Source: Rhynchopus sp. YZ270_cl-10
Lineage: Eukaryota
Length of the DNA stretch: 64,000 bases
Assembly: GCA_964035575.1 (NCBI GenBank)
Contig: OZ037834.1
Span: 558,001 to 622,000 of the forward strand
Direction: 5' to 3'
Shown: one piece after another, positions 1 to 11,751 of the stretch
How positions within the stretch are numbered: the stretch's first letter is position 1
Layout: each line of letters begins with the position of its first letter
Notes under the pieces: model-generated
The model's database searches: none
Told to the model about the DNA's origin: nothing
What the model saw: only the letters and a program-made list of their open reading frames with translations
Position numbers and translations under genes: made by a program

Positions 1-16
1 AATATGTTTCTGTTAT

Positions 17-85
17 TGGTGCTTTCGGAAGTCGGTCAACCCCTGTGTCAGCGACCTGTCAATATCGACCCCTCCCGAAGCACCA
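17..85. mobile_element. Tiny MITE, TGGTG...CACCA ends, 5-bp TSD (family E)
   Basis: Ends TGGTGCTT / AAGCACCA; GTTAT at 12-16 and 86-90; related copies at 4531-4645 and 48778-48846. Confidence 0.85.
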
Positions 86-582
86 GTTATTTTTTTTTCT
101 TTTGTGTGCGTGTTGTACCCATTTGGTGTCTTTGTAACCCTTCTCCTCCCCCCCTCTCGTTCTAGCGTTGTTCTGGCTGCCCTTATTTCTTCTCCCACTG
201 TTTTAAACAAAAATTCTCTGTTCAACAAAATAATAAAAAATAGCACCTTGTTGCGGACTACCCCTTTGAAGGTTCTTTTTCATCCTAAAAGTTGCTCTTA
301 AGGGTTCAAGACGAACGACGTCTATACCTTCCGTAGTACAAAAGGCTTCGGCCAACATTGAGTACAGACCCGAATTCTCCCACCTGGTGGGATTACTCGG
401 CGATTGTCGACAAAAGAAAAGAGGGATTGTGACTGTGTCAGACCAATAATTCGCTTACCTTAGCAGGTTTGTTGATGTTTATTGTATTGACGAACAAAAA
501 AAAATATGAAAAATGAAAAAAAAAAGACAACTGTATCCTGAAAAAACAACGCACATGATTTCAGGGAAAAAAATTAGGTTAT

Positions 583-1359
583 GGTGTGACCACCCAAACC
601 GATTCTCCGAGGTTCTTCCGTGGTTCTTCCGTAGGTACTCCGGTAAGGGGGGTATACTTTTTTTGTTGTTTTCGGTTTTCGCCACCCGGGGGGCTTCGAG
701 ACCTGGCAACCGCACGTACCCTCAGGTTGTGTAAAAGTGGTTTTGCTGACCAAAACATAAAAGTAACGACCAAAAAAAAAAAACCCCCGAAAAATGAATT
801 TTCTAAAGCAAACTGACGGTGTTGACTTGGCCGTGCAGTCAGACACAGGCCCCTCGACAAGTCAGGACAGTGGCACGTGGGGCACTACTTGGCTGTGCAG
901 TCAGCCACCGCGACCCGGAGGAAAGGGAATGTGATGCACCACCACCGCACGCGGGTGCCACAAACACTGGGAAAGCCCCCAAGGCGGCCATGGGATATTG
1001 TTGCGTATTGCACACAGTAGACATAATATACACAGTATACACAGTATACACAGTATACACAGTATACACAGTATACACAGTATACACAGTATACACAGTA
1101 TACACAGTACACACTATATACGGGCGGTTCATTTTTTTTTTTTTTCAACGGATTTTTTCCGTTATTTTCGCGCGAAAATGCCATTTTTGGCACGTTTCAA
1201 CCAATACAAACCCGTGGTGACCTCTCTCAGTCAAATTTGTGGTCATTTTCCCCTTGTGCCAGAAACTGAGAACAACAAAAAAAAAGTATACCCCCTAGCA
1301 GTTCTCCGAGGTTCCTCCGTGGTTCTTCCGTGGGTTCCCCGTACCCCTTGAATCACACC
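583..1359. mobile_element. Non-autonomous TIR element, Mutator-like by its ends and TSD
   Basis: GGTGTGA...TCACACC ends; internal inverted repeat GGGTATACTTTTTTTGTTGTT (~650) vs AACAACAAAAAAAAAGTATACCC (~1271); flanks ATTAGGTTAT / ATCAGGTTAT (9 of 10 match). Confidence 0.6.
1013..1120. repeat. (CACAGTATA)n 9-bp tandem repeat inside the 583-1359 element
   Basis: Read directly; explains the VYT/HSI/VYC repeat ORFs. Confidence 0.95.
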
Positions 1360-1885
1360 ATCAGGTTATTTTTTTTTTTTTTCCTCCTTTCCCACGAACC
1401 GTTCATTTGAACGCACACGACGCCATAGCACACATTTCTCTTTCTCTGTAGTTAGTTAGTTTTCTTTTCTTTTTCTTTTTTTTTTTTTTTCTTTTTCTTC
1501 TTTTTTGAAGGGATAACATATTCTCTACTATCACTCCCATCACCACACCGTATCGTGTGTCTCTACCTTCCGCCACACTGTCTCCCCACAAAAAAAAACA
1601 AAAAAAACAAAAACTAAAGGGCACACGATACGATATCCATCCCCATCTTATCCACCTCCCTCCCCCCCCGAGAGATTCGATGGCATGAAGAGAAAAATCC
1701 AAAAAAAAGCGACGTTTTTTTACGAAATTATCTCATTTTTTCACCTTTTTTGCCCTATCTCAAACCTTCTCCTCACCACACCTTATTCTAGCCATATTCT
1801 GCGCAAGAATTGCCTTCACTATGTATCAATCACCTCATAACATCCCAACACAATGTCTTTATTTGTATTTTGTTTTATGTACTTC

Positions 1886-1958
1886 TGGTGTGGCTGAAAG
1901 GGGGGGGTGCTATTTTTTTGTGCTATTTTCTGCTATTCTGGGGTCGTCGGCCACACCA
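1886..1958. mobile_element. Tiny MITE, TGGTGTGGC...GCCACACCA, 5-bp TSD (family D)
   Basis: 9-bp TIR; ACTTC at 1881-1885 and 1959-1963. Confidence 0.9.
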
Positions 1959-2049
1959 ACTTCACAATGTTTTTGTCCCATCTCAAAAAACCCCCTCTTC
2001 ACCCCACCCCAGCACCAACTCCAGACCTAAAAAAAGCCTCACACATACT

Positions 2050-3072
2050 ATGATGGAATCTGTGATGGAATGTTTTACCTCGTCTTGGACCTGGGGGTTC
2101 CTTGGCCTTCTCCTCCTCCCTGTCCTCCGCAGATGGGCAAGTGGGTACGAAAACGTCTCCGGCCGTGTGGTCTTTATTACTGGTGGGTCTGAAGGGATTG
2201 GACGGGCAATGGCTGCGGATTTTGTACGCCGTGGCGCGAATGTGTGCATCATGGCGAGAACAGAGAGCAAGCTGAAGGCGGCAGTCACATACCTTGAAGG
2301 CTTCAAACCTGAAGGGGGTCCCCGCACACAGAAGATTGGATACCAGACTATGGATGTGACGGACCTCCCCTCCGTGGAAAATGCGATGAACAAGGCGAAG
2401 GGTGAGTATGGTTCCCCATACATCTTGGTGACGTCGGCAGGGGCGAGCTACCCGGGGTACTTTCTGGAGCAAGACTGCTCTGTGTTTGAACGTTGCATGA
2501 AGCTGAACTATATGGGGAATGTGCACTGTATCAAGACTGTGGCACCAATGATGGTGGCGCAGAAGGGGGGCAAGATTATGATCATCTCCTCGGCAGCAGG
2601 GGTGTGCGGGTTTATTGGATTCACCAGCTACTCGCCGACGAAGTTTGCGCTTCGTGGTTTTGCAGATGCGCTGAGGTCGGAGCTGAACGGTTTTGGCATT
2701 CAGGTCAGCTGCTGCTACCCTCCGGACACGGATACCCCTGGATTTGCAGTCGAAAACGAGGAAAAACCGGTGGAAACCCTGGCATGCTTCCCCGTAGATG
2801 CGTACTCTTCGGAAAGCGTGGCCAGTACCTCGGTGAACTCATTCCTGCGTGGTGACTACCATGTGCTTTCGCCTGATGTTCTGCAGAATATGCTTGTTTC
2901 TAACATGACAGGTGTGACACCACGTGCCTACTGGGCCCTCGAAGTGCTTCTTCAACCCCTGATCTGTGCAGTGGCAGCCCCGTTTGTGATGTGGTTTGAC
3001 TACCAGGCAAGGCATTATTCGCAGAGGTTGATGAACACAGGAAGTTCGTCGGTGTCGAAGAAGAATGATTGA
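2050..3072 (+). CDS. KDSR: 3-ketodihydrosphingosine reductase-like short-chain dehydrogenase (KDSR/TSC10 family)
   Basis: N-terminal membrane anchor, ITGGSEGIG, YSPTK catalytic motif, KFALRGFADALRSE, YPPDTDTPGF.ENEEKP; start moved to ATG 2050. Confidence 0.85.
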   Translation: MMESVMECFTSSWTWGFLGLLLLPVLRRWASGYENVSGRVVFITGGSEGIGRAMAADFVRRGANVCIMARTESKLKAAVTYLEGFKPEGGPRTQKIGYQTMDVTDLPSVENAMNKAKGEYGSPYILVTSAGASYPGYFLEQDCSVFERCMKLNYMGNVHCIKTVAPMMVAQKGGKIMIISSAAGVCGFIGFTSYSPTKFALRGFADALRSELNGFGIQVSCCYPPDTDTPGFAVENEEKPVETLACFPVDAYSSESVASTSVNSFLRGDYHVLSPDVLQNMLVSNMTGVTPRAYWALEVLLQPLICAVAAPFVMWFDYQARHYSQRLMNTGSSSVSKKND

Positions 3073-3597
3073 GATTTTTGGAAAAAGAAGAGAAAAAAAA
3101 CGAAAATCAAAATAAAGAAAAAAAAGGGTTTGTGATTTGTGACATCGGAATCTGCCGATTAGTACACTCTTTGTGAGTCACCAAAAAAGGTAGCAGTGTT
3201 TCTGGTTCTTTTTTCTTTTTTGAAAGAAAAAGTTGGAAAAAAAAAATGTGCAAGGGATAGAGATAGGGACAGTGGGGGGACATTGACACAATATTCCAAC
3301 AATTTTTTATTTTTTATTTTTTTGAAAAAAATGATGTGGCTGACGGGGGGGGTGATTCGTACTTCTTGCGCACTTTTTGCACCCCCTTCCATTCAGCCAC
3401 GCCAAAAATAAAAACAAAAAAAGAAAAATTGTTGTGAGCGGTCATTCATGTTTTTTTCTTTTCAGTTTTCTTCTTTTTGTTAGAACCTTTTATATTGAAG
3501 GAAAAGGAATGAGGAATTAAGAGAGCGAAGACAAACCGTGTGTGGGTAATGGGAGACGGGAGGGTGGTGGGAGGGGTTTTTAAAATGAATAATCATA

Positions 3598-3883
3598 CTA
3601 TGGGTGTCATAACGTTGTTATAACGTTGTTATAACGTTGTCATAACGTTGTCATAACGTTGTCATAACGTTGTCATAACGTTGTTATAACGTTGTCATAA
3701 CGTTGTCATAACGTTGTCATAACGTTGTCATAACGTTGTCATAACGTTGTCATAACGTTGTCATAACGTTGTCATAACGTTGTCATAACGTTGTTATAAC
3801 GTTGTCATAACGTTGTTATAACGTTGTCATAACGTTGTTATAACGTTGTCATAACGTTGTCGATAACGTTTTCACACCCACAG
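3598..3883. mobile_element. TA-flanked MITE whose interior is an 11-bp minisatellite (GTTGTYATAAC)n
   Basis: TCATACTATGGGTGT (3593-3607) vs ACACCCACAGTATGA (3874-3888), 14/15; tandem array ~3605-3870. Confidence 0.7.
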
Positions 3884-4530
3884 TATGACAAGGATGCGCG
3901 AGAGGCACCTTCATATTTCAAGTTTTCTTTTTCCGTGAGGGACCCCAGAACCCTTGCTAGTTTTGTTTTTGCATTCGGAATGTGTGCTTCCCTCCTCCTC
4001 CTCCTCCTCCTTCTGTTCTTGGCCACAGGACACTTCTGCTTTCATCCAGATGGCTGGCATCGTACAATGGGTCAGTCAGGAGGTGCCTGCATCAATAAAC
4101 TACCATTTTGTTTTCTTCACAAGAGGGTTTTTGTTTTTATACCTACAAAGCGTAGCTTAAAGGAGAAATAGTTCCTCAGATACGGTCGCCAATCACCCCT
4201 CCAACGGGGTAATTGTGCAATCAACGAAAAAACCTTTTTTTCCCTTTTGCTTACCTATCAGAGTTACTATTTTTGTTTTATTTTTTGCGCACTTTTTTCC
4301 TTCTCCTCCGACTGTACAGAAAACCTATGGGGGGCATACCGAGAGACTCGTCTTGACAAGAGTCTCAGCTCTCTACCTTTGGGGAAATTTTCCTCACAGG
4401 GCTGTAGGGTCATCCCCTTACGCTATTCAGCAGACAAATAGCTGACACATTTCATCTTACAAAATTTTCCTTTTCTCAAAAGTCTCTCCTCCCTCGCTTA
4501 TCGATAGATGCAAAAAAAAAGTACGGTCCT

Positions 4531-4645
4531 TGGTGCTTTCGGAAGTCGGTCAACGACCTGTCAACGACCTGTCAGTATCAGGGGTGTGTGTGTATAGAGC
4601 CCCTGTGTCAGCGACCTGTCAATATCGACCCCTCCCGGTGCACCA
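4531..4645. mobile_element. Family E MITE copy with internal duplication/insertion
   Basis: Same TGGTGCTTTCGGAAGTCGGTCAAC...GCACCA sequence as 17-85; TSD not preserved. Confidence 0.75.
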
Positions 4646-5287
4646 GTATGATTTCTTTTTTCCTCTTTTTTCTCCGTCCTCTAAAGATATTTGCAGGGAG
4701 GTTTTGTGTGTGTTGAAAAAAAAAGCAGGTGTGTTACGCCAGAAGCGTGGATGTTTGTGTTAATACCCACAAAAAAAAGCACCTCTTTTTTTTTTGCCCC
4801 ATTTTACCAGAATTTTTCCACCACACAATTTACACACACCTCTTTTCTTTGCGGGGTTCGATAACCCCGCGGAGTGTCAGTGTCCTGCTGTCCCAGAGCG
4901 CGTTTTGCACTATCAACTTCACTTTCTTTCTGTCACCTCATGAAATGAAGGAGGAAATAGAAACAACGCACTTTGAACACCCTTTGCGGTTCTAGGGACG
5001 AACCGCACTCCTCACTGAACAGGTCGAGGTGTTGTGCGTTTCACTACAACCTCTCCCATGGGTTTTATCGTGTGATGAGTGTTAAGTTTCTATTTTCGCG
5101 CATGCTGTTGCTCTGCGATAACGAATATGATAAAGGTGTCTAAGCACAGAGAGGCTTAGATCCATCTGTTGCATTGCTCTTGTTTTCCTTCCCAAGGTGC
5201 CTCAAGCACAGAGAAGCTTCGGGCCATCTTATAAAACTTTTCTTTTTTATCCAGGGTTGGGTAAAGCACACATAGGGGGGGAAAAAA

Positions 5288-5719
5288 ATGCCTCTTTTAG
5301 ATGCTGTTGAGGTGGTGGGTGTGACGAATACTGTTCACTCATTCTTTCACTGTTTGGATAGTGGTGATGCGGAGGGGCTTGCGGATCTGTTCGTCGCGGG
5401 GAAGGGCTTCCATTTGACAACCATGGGCAAGCGAACAGAGGGACGTGAACAGCTTAAAGGCTTTGTAGCGATGATCCGCGAGCGTTTCCCCCAAGCACAA
5501 CACTGGGAAGGAAACCTAGTCATCACAGCGCACAGCACCGACGCTGACAAGGCGTGCAGCAGGTCCTACTGGAAGGCTCAGCACGGTGATAAGGTAGTGT
5601 CATACGGCACCCATGTCGATGAATTGCAAAAGGTGGAGGGGAAATGGCTGTTCACCCACAGAGATATCTCGCATACATGGACGGCGGGAGGTGGTTTCAG
5701 TGAAAAGAGTGCATTGTGA
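5288..5719 (+). CDS. SnoaL-like / NTF2-fold protein
   Basis: 143 aa; F.CLDSGDAEGLADLF, GREQL.GF, G..VDELQKVEGKWLF..R pattern typical of SnoaL-like proteins. Confidence 0.8.
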   Translation: MPLLDAVEVVGVTNTVHSFFHCLDSGDAEGLADLFVAGKGFHLTTMGKRTEGREQLKGFVAMIRERFPQAQHWEGNLVITAHSTDADKACSRSYWKAQHGDKVVSYGTHVDELQKVEGKWLFTHRDISHTWTAGGGFSEKSAL

Positions 5720-6563
5720 AAATAGCGTGAATTTTTTTTTACCCAAAAAAATATGTGAAATGGTGAGAGGTGACAACGGTTGTTGGTGTGGCTGGTGTAC
5801 AAAGTATACAAGAAGTGCGCAAGAAAGAGGTGCGAGTCACCCCTCTTCAGCTGCACTAATTTGGGGGGGGTTTTTTTTTTTTGAAACCTTGACTTAGAGC
5901 CAACGTATCTATTAATGTACCAATTTGAGGTGCAGTGATTGAAGAGTGATGTGGTTGCATGGCTTCATTCAGATCTTACAAAAAAAAATATTTCCTTTGT
6001 CTTTGTCTTTCGCAGACAGTACAGATGGTCGGGCAAAAGCAAAAAAGTAAAAACCCTCGAGTTTTGAAATCCCCAAAACCCCACCGATGTTTGTTGTCTT
6101 ACTGTAGGTTGCATACTGCACGCCCCTGGTAGTGTCATTCTGTCAAATTCCTTTAAGGTTTCAGCCTTGCGCGTTGTCCTTCTTCTTCTTCATCATATCC
6201 CATAATATCCTCTCATCTCCTCCTCCACACACACACACACCCCCTACACACAACACTCATTCATCCAGGGGGAGGGGGGGTTTTTTTGTTTGGCTAATTC
6301 CTTACAATAAGAAGAGCCGAATTGACACCTAAAAAAGACTGCTTCGTTGCGGCTAGACTCACCCCCCCCTCTCCTGCTTTTTTGCGGAGACAAAAAAAGC
6401 GTTGAAAAAAGGGTCTGATAGTTCCTTAAGGAGTGTTATTGGAACAAAGGTGGAGTGCATCTCCCTCGGGTGTTCCACACTATACCAAAATTTTGGATAG
6501 TTTTGAGCAGGTTTGAGGAGGGTTTCAACTTTTTTTTTCATATCATCTTTTGGTTGGTAATAT

Positions 6564-6827
6564 ATGCACAGCGTTCAGGATGTTGTGTCCCCAACGCTGT
6601 CGTATCTTAGCAATGTTCACGTCTCTGCCTGCGGTGAGTATGACACACTGTCGCTACACGAGCTTGTGGAGGCGGGGAAGCGCCCGCACGACTGGACACT
6701 AGCAGAGGAGGAGGTGCTGGTGCTCCTTAAGAAGGCTACCTTGGAGACACGTATCATCATTCATGAGGAGGCCCGCCTTCGGACCTCCACGGTCCAGACA
6801 ATCCGGGAATGTCTTTTGAAAGGATGA
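6564..6827 (+). CDS. Small hypothetical protein or isolated exon
   Basis: GC-richer, homopolymer-free island with a protein-like translation (87 aa); no recognisable motif. Confidence 0.4.
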   Translation: MHSVQDVVSPTLSYLSNVHVSACGEYDTLSLHELVEAGKRPHDWTLAEEEVLVLLKKATLETRIIIHEEARLRTSTVQTIRECLLKG

Positions 6828-7323
6828 AAAAAAAAAGAGGGGACGGGAATGACATTCTGTTAGTTGATACAGTGTTTTTTTGCGTCGATGAACGGTGAGG
6901 CGTTTGTACTTTTCAATTTTTTTCTTTGTTGTTGCTCCAGGTGAGATTGTTGTTATGCATCTTGAGGCAGGATTTATTTCTAGAAAAGGGGTGTTCTGGT
7001 ATTATTCCCATTGTTTTTTTTTTTTTTTTTTTACACCTACCTTTCCAGGTAGGAACCATGCCGAGTGTTTACTCACAAAAGGCTATGGGGCTCAGAACAC
7101 CACTATACGGGGGGAGGAAAAAAAAGAGAGTGGAGTTCATCCTTAGGGTGTCTACTAATACAAACAAAGTTTTCAAAAAAAAACTTAAAAGAGATTTCGG
7201 GTTGAGGATGAACTGCATCTATACCTTTGAAATTCATTAGCCTTAGAGGGTCGTTGTGTATAGAACCCATCCTCGGATAGGGTGATTGTCGAAAACTACA
7301 AAATATAAAAAAAAACAATCAAA

Positions 7324-8498
7324 GGGGGGTATGTAACTTTGTGTATTAGTGTGTAAAATTTGACCGGCCCTTTGGGTGAAAAAAAAAGGGTGAGGGGAGT
7401 TGGGTCCAGTCATAGGGAGTATAGCATATTTTTTGGAAAATTCTTCAAAAAAGCAAGGATTTTTGCTGAGCACAATGAAATTTTCAGAAAAATCCCAATT
7501 TTCGGCCAAATTTGGAGCAAATTATGGCCCACACACCCCGATTTTGGGTCAAAAACCGACTTCATTTTTGCACAGGAGTGCCTACGATGTCGTAAACCAG
7601 AGGTCCTCTGGATGCATGCATTGATAAACACAACACTGGAAATTGCAAGGAACGAGTCTGCATGTGCGTGTTCTCTAGCCACTACAGTCACAGGGTATGC
7701 ACAAAATGACCGTATTGTGGCTGAAGTTTGACTTGCGAAATTTCGCGAACATCTATTTCTGAGGTTTTCTTTGGATTCTTTGGGCCATTTTATGACCTAC
7801 CACGCCCGATTTTGGGCGATAAAACAAAATTTTGTCAGGTCAAAAATCGCCTAGTACTTGTGAAAAGAATTGCTAAGGAAATGTGTAATATGCGTGTTTT
7901 TGTACACAAAAGTACGTTTTTGGGTGCTTCTGGAGGGTCAAAACACCAAAATTTTGCGTTTTTTTTGGTGCCCAAAAACCCAACTCGGGGTCGAAATTTT
8001 CCCGAAAAAAAAAATTTTTTTTTTTTCGATTTTTCGATTTTTTGACCAGGCGCTGGCCCATACAAAATGCACTGGTGGTACAGAAAATGGCCGGGGAATA
8101 AACTCTAGATGCTCAAAACCGCCTAATTCATGCTTTTTTGGACTTTTTGGTCCAGAAGGGTACATAGGGTGTAGTGAGCAGGCCTCAAAAACACTTGTGA
8201 AAAAAATTTTTGGATTTTTTTTTTTTTGAGATTTTTGAAAAATCGGCCGATTTTGCGACCAATTTTGGCTGGGGAATTTCGGCGACCAAAGGGCCTTTGG
8301 TTTTTTTCAAAAAATCGGGTATTTTTTGTGTATAAATAGTACCCGGTCAAAAGCCGGTCAAAATGGGGTGCCGGTCAAATTACATACCCTATTTTGACCG
8401 GGTACTATTTGTACACAAAAATACCCGATTTTTTCGGGAATTTTTGACAACACACTGGTTAAGTGCCCGGTCAGAACCGGTCAAATTACATACCCCCC
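7324..8498. mobile_element. Non-autonomous TIR element (~1.17 kb)
   Basis: GGGGGGTATGTAA...TTTGACCGG at left vs CCGGTCAAATTACATACCCCCC at right; repeated CCGGTCAAA motifs near the right end; TSD not clear. Confidence 0.6.
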
Positions 8499-8579
8499 AA
8501 AATCCATGTTGCTTTTTTTTTCCGCAAACCATTTTACCTTTTCATTAAGCTACAATGCACTGTGGTCACCTTGGGCATA

Positions 8580-9114
8580 CAGAGTGCACACGAGTCGTAT
8601 TATCGGATACGATAATAATTATTGTATGAGATTATCGCATAATTATCGCGTACGATAATATACAATAATTTTTTGATAAAACAACTTGATGTCAATTCTA
8701 AAAAAGATTGGAGGCAGCGCTGCAGGGCAAACAAAAACGGATTGAATAAAACAGAAAGCTTGCTTGTTTTTCTTTGAGTACTCAATTAACCACAACAACC
8801 GTACTTCAGTTTAACACATTTTTTTTCACCTTTTTGTTTTCCCGGCTTTGAGCGCACAAACGAAAGACCCGATCTTTTTTTGACCTTAAAGAGGTTTCCT
8901 CTATTCACTGCCAGGTAGTCAGTGGGAGCGTATTGCAGTAATGAAAATATCACCACAGAATATTTATTACACACTTTACGCACAAACAAATGGCATTATA
9001 CACAGGGGTTCCACACATAATCGTATACACGATAATATACGAGTCGTATGCGATAATTTTCGCTCAGACCCCCGAATGCGATAATATACGATAATACGAG
9101 TCGTGTGCACACTA
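8580..9114. mobile_element. Degenerate Tc1/mariner-like MITE with a nested dispersed repeat
   Basis: TA|CAGAGTGCACACGAGTCGTATTATCG vs CGATAATACGAGTCGTGTGCACACTA; interior ~8673-8880 nearly identical to ~42431-42635. Confidence 0.6.
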
Positions 9115-9359
9115 TGCTTAGGGCACGTTGTACCAATCCCAACCCTCTCAACCAACTCCCCCTTCCCCCCAAAACCCCCTCTTTTTTTGTACATCTACAT
9201 CAAAAAAATGCAAATCCAAAAATTTATCTTTTTCCCCAAACCCCTCCTCCTCCTCCTCTCCCCCACAGCTTCCATTATCTCATCCAACGATAAAAAAAAC
9301 AGAACACAAAACACAAAAAAAAACCTCTCTTTTTTTTCAAAAAAAAATCCTATCACAAA

Positions 9360-10544
9360 ATGCTTCTTTATATTACTGGGGTGACCCCGTCTGCTGAGAT
9401 TCATGCTTTTGAGGTTGAGGAGGGAGTTGAAGACCTTGCATCTCTTAAGCGTCTTATTGCCGATGAATTTGGCCTATCATGGGATCGGCACGATCTGTTT
9501 CTGGAGGGTACCGTTCTCGGTCCTGACTGCACGACCCTGAGCAGCCTTGCTATCGAAGCTGGATGTGAGCTTTCTGTTCGCGCAAACACCGCCCTTCATG
9601 CAACCCGAGTTCTTTCTGATTCAGGCATTGCGGTGTCTTCGGATTTGCTAACCAGAGCGTGCCATGCTAACGATATCAACTCAGTCAAACTCGTTGTGCA
9701 AGCCGGGGCTGATTTAGAAAAGGAGCATGAACACAACCTAGGGCTGCCCCTTTCCGTTTCCTGCAGAGAAGGGAATGAGCAGATTGTGTCTCTTTTGCTC
9801 CACTTCGGCGCCGATCCGAACAAAGCAGATTCCACCGGAAGAACCCCTTTCGCACACCTCGCAAAATCTACTGCCTCCCACGCTGCACAACGCGCCGTTT
9901 TCATGAACCTCCGTCGCAACGGAGCAGACATCAACATAAAAGATAACCTAGGACACACCCCACTCCACCACGCAATTCTCTCTGACAACCGCGCCTTCAT
10001 TCTCGAGGTGCTTTCACCAGAGGATACTGAAGGATGTGGCCCTATTGACGTTGATTTGAACATCCAAGACGGTCTTGGCCGTACTGTGTTGATGTTGATG
10101 TGTTCAAAGAGATACCCTGGTGTCCTCGATGATGCCACCTTGGTGGTAGGGAGAGGCGCCTTGTTGGAAGTAGAGGACGTAATGGGGTGCACAGCGCTGT
10201 TCTATGCAGTGGGGTCACCAGGGTTGGTGGAGCTGCTTCTGAGGGAGGGTGCGGTCAAGGAGAGCGTCGACCTGAACAGACACAACGTGCTCACCAGGGC
10301 GGTTCAGTCGAACGACCCAGTGTCCGTTCTGGCATTGCTCAGGGCGGGGTGTCAGCCCGACACTCCCACACCACCCGGCACGCTTCCTCCAGAGGGTGGT
10401 GCACCTCTCCTCCATGCATGCAGGTTAGGGCATGAAGAAGTTGCAAAGCTTCTGGTGCAACATGGTGCGGACACGAAAGCTACGGATGACGAAGGGAAAA
10501 CGGTGCTGGAGCATTGCAGAACCTCGGGGATTAGGATTCTTTAG
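9360..10544 (+). CDS. Ankyrin-repeat protein with N-terminal ubiquitin-like domain
   Basis: Multiple ankyrin repeats (GHTPLHHA, LLLHFGADPN, LVQHGADTKATDDEGKT); first ~75 aa have a UBL-like pattern. Confidence 0.85.
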   Translation: MLLYITGVTPSAEIHAFEVEEGVEDLASLKRLIADEFGLSWDRHDLFLEGTVLGPDCTTLSSLAIEAGCELSVRANTALHATRVLSDSGIAVSSDLLTRACHANDINSVKLVVQAGADLEKEHEHNLGLPLSVSCREGNEQIVSLLLHFGADPNKADSTGRTPFAHLAKSTASHAAQRAVFMNLRRNGADINIKDNLGHTPLHHAILSDNRAFILEVLSPEDTEGCGPIDVDLNIQDGLGRTVLMLMCSKRYPGVLDDATLVVGRGALLEVEDVMGCTALFYAVGSPGLVELLLREGAVKESVDLNRHNVLTRAVQSNDPVSVLALLRAGCQPDTPTPPGTLPPEGGAPLLHACRLGHEEVAKLLVQHGADTKATDDEGKTVLEHCRTSGIRIL

Positions 10545-10790
10545 GGGGGGAGAAAAAAAAAAGTGCCTGCGAAATGGAGACTGTCACAAAAACTGTGGCA
10601 AAAACCGAGGCAAACAACAACGCTACTCCAAACAATTTATCAGAAAAGAATCGTTATTTTTTTGTTGTCGAACACCCGGGGTGTATTTCTTCTCGTAGTG
10701 TCGGGAAAAAAGAAAATTGATGTTCTGTGATAGCAAGTTAATAATCAAAGGAATACCCTTTCAGCAATCTGCGTCCGTAGAGACGCGAGA

Positions 10791-10919
10791 CTGCACTTCA
10801 TCAACTTTTTAGGTGGCATGTGACTTCTGCCCAGTGCCCTGAATGTCAACGCTGAGAGATCAGGTCAAGCGCGGGTAAACGGCGGGAGTACCTATGACTC
10901 TCTTAATGGTGAAGTGCAG
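10791..10919. mobile_element. 129-bp TIR element with 5-bp TSD carrying a 28S rRNA fragment
   Basis: CTGCACTTCATCA (10791-10803) / TGGTGAAGTGCAG (10907-10919), 12/13 inverted; CGAGA at 10786-10790 and 10920-10924. Confidence 0.7.
10818..10906 (+). pseudogene. Isolated 28S (LSU) rRNA fragment, domain IV (helix 68-70 region)
   Basis: ATGTGACTTCTGCCCAGTGCCCTGAATGTCAA...CAAGCGCGGGTAAACGGCGGGAGTACCTATGACTCTCTTAA matches the conserved eukaryotic LSU core. Confidence 0.92.
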
Positions 10920-11751
10920 CGAGAGGCATTATGCATCTCACAAACTTTCCTCCCCACCCTCCCTTTTACCTTTTTTTTCTTTTGTGCTTTTCCATCCCGA
11001 CAAACAATCCACATAAAGTAAAAAAAGTTTGGGTACATTTAGTGCACCCTATTATACCTTCTATTCAGTAAAATAGTTAGTATGAAGCAATGCTTTTCTA
11101 TCCCGGGGGGCGGCTGGCATGGTACGTCAGTGGGAGGTGTGTCAGCATCATCAATCTTGCTTTCTTCTTATTTTCTTTCTTCTGCTTCTCTAATCAGAAG
11201 GTGTTGAGCATATCCGATGTTAACCTCGAAATGGATTGTAGGACTGCATGGTTGGGAGTCCCTCTTTTTTCCCCCCTGTTTCTTGACGAACTGAACTGCT
11301 GTCAATCAGCGACAGTGATTTTGCTTCCAAAAAAAAAAATTATTAAAATCCAAAAAAGGGGGGGCAAAAAAAAGTTAATTTTTTGGCTGAACAACCATAC
11401 CTGGTGTTGTTTGGTCTTTTTTACATACGTACCCATACAGCCTTCTCCCGTCTCTACCTCCCCGATCTGATACAGTATCAAAAGATACAATTACCCTGAA
11501 ACAAACCACACCCCGCCTCTTCCACACACCACATCACCACTGTGCAGTCTCTATTTTCTCCCCCTTCCCCTTCACACAAAACGCAATACACCCGTTTTTC
11601 AAAAACCTGGCCCTGTGACATTTGTACCCCCCTTTTCCCTTTTCAACCGACCTGGTGGGGTGTTATTCTCATATCCGCACCTTGCCCTTCCCAACCAACC
11701 CCATATCACACAAGCCCTTCTCTCAAACACCATTCCCTTTGCCTTTCAAAT

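Noticed and set aside
819..1351. VYT/HSI/VYC repeat ORFs
   Set aside because: Translations of the 9-bp tandem repeat inside a TIR element
1810..2049. N-terminal extensions given by the ORF track (also at 11542, 19331, 35827, 52871, 59921)
   Set aside because: They cross MITEs, homopolymers or C-rich acceptor tracts, and several begin at non-ATG codons; downstream ATGs fit better
3605..3870. CRISPR-like array
   Set aside because: Contiguous 11-bp units without spacers, eukaryotic context, no cas genes
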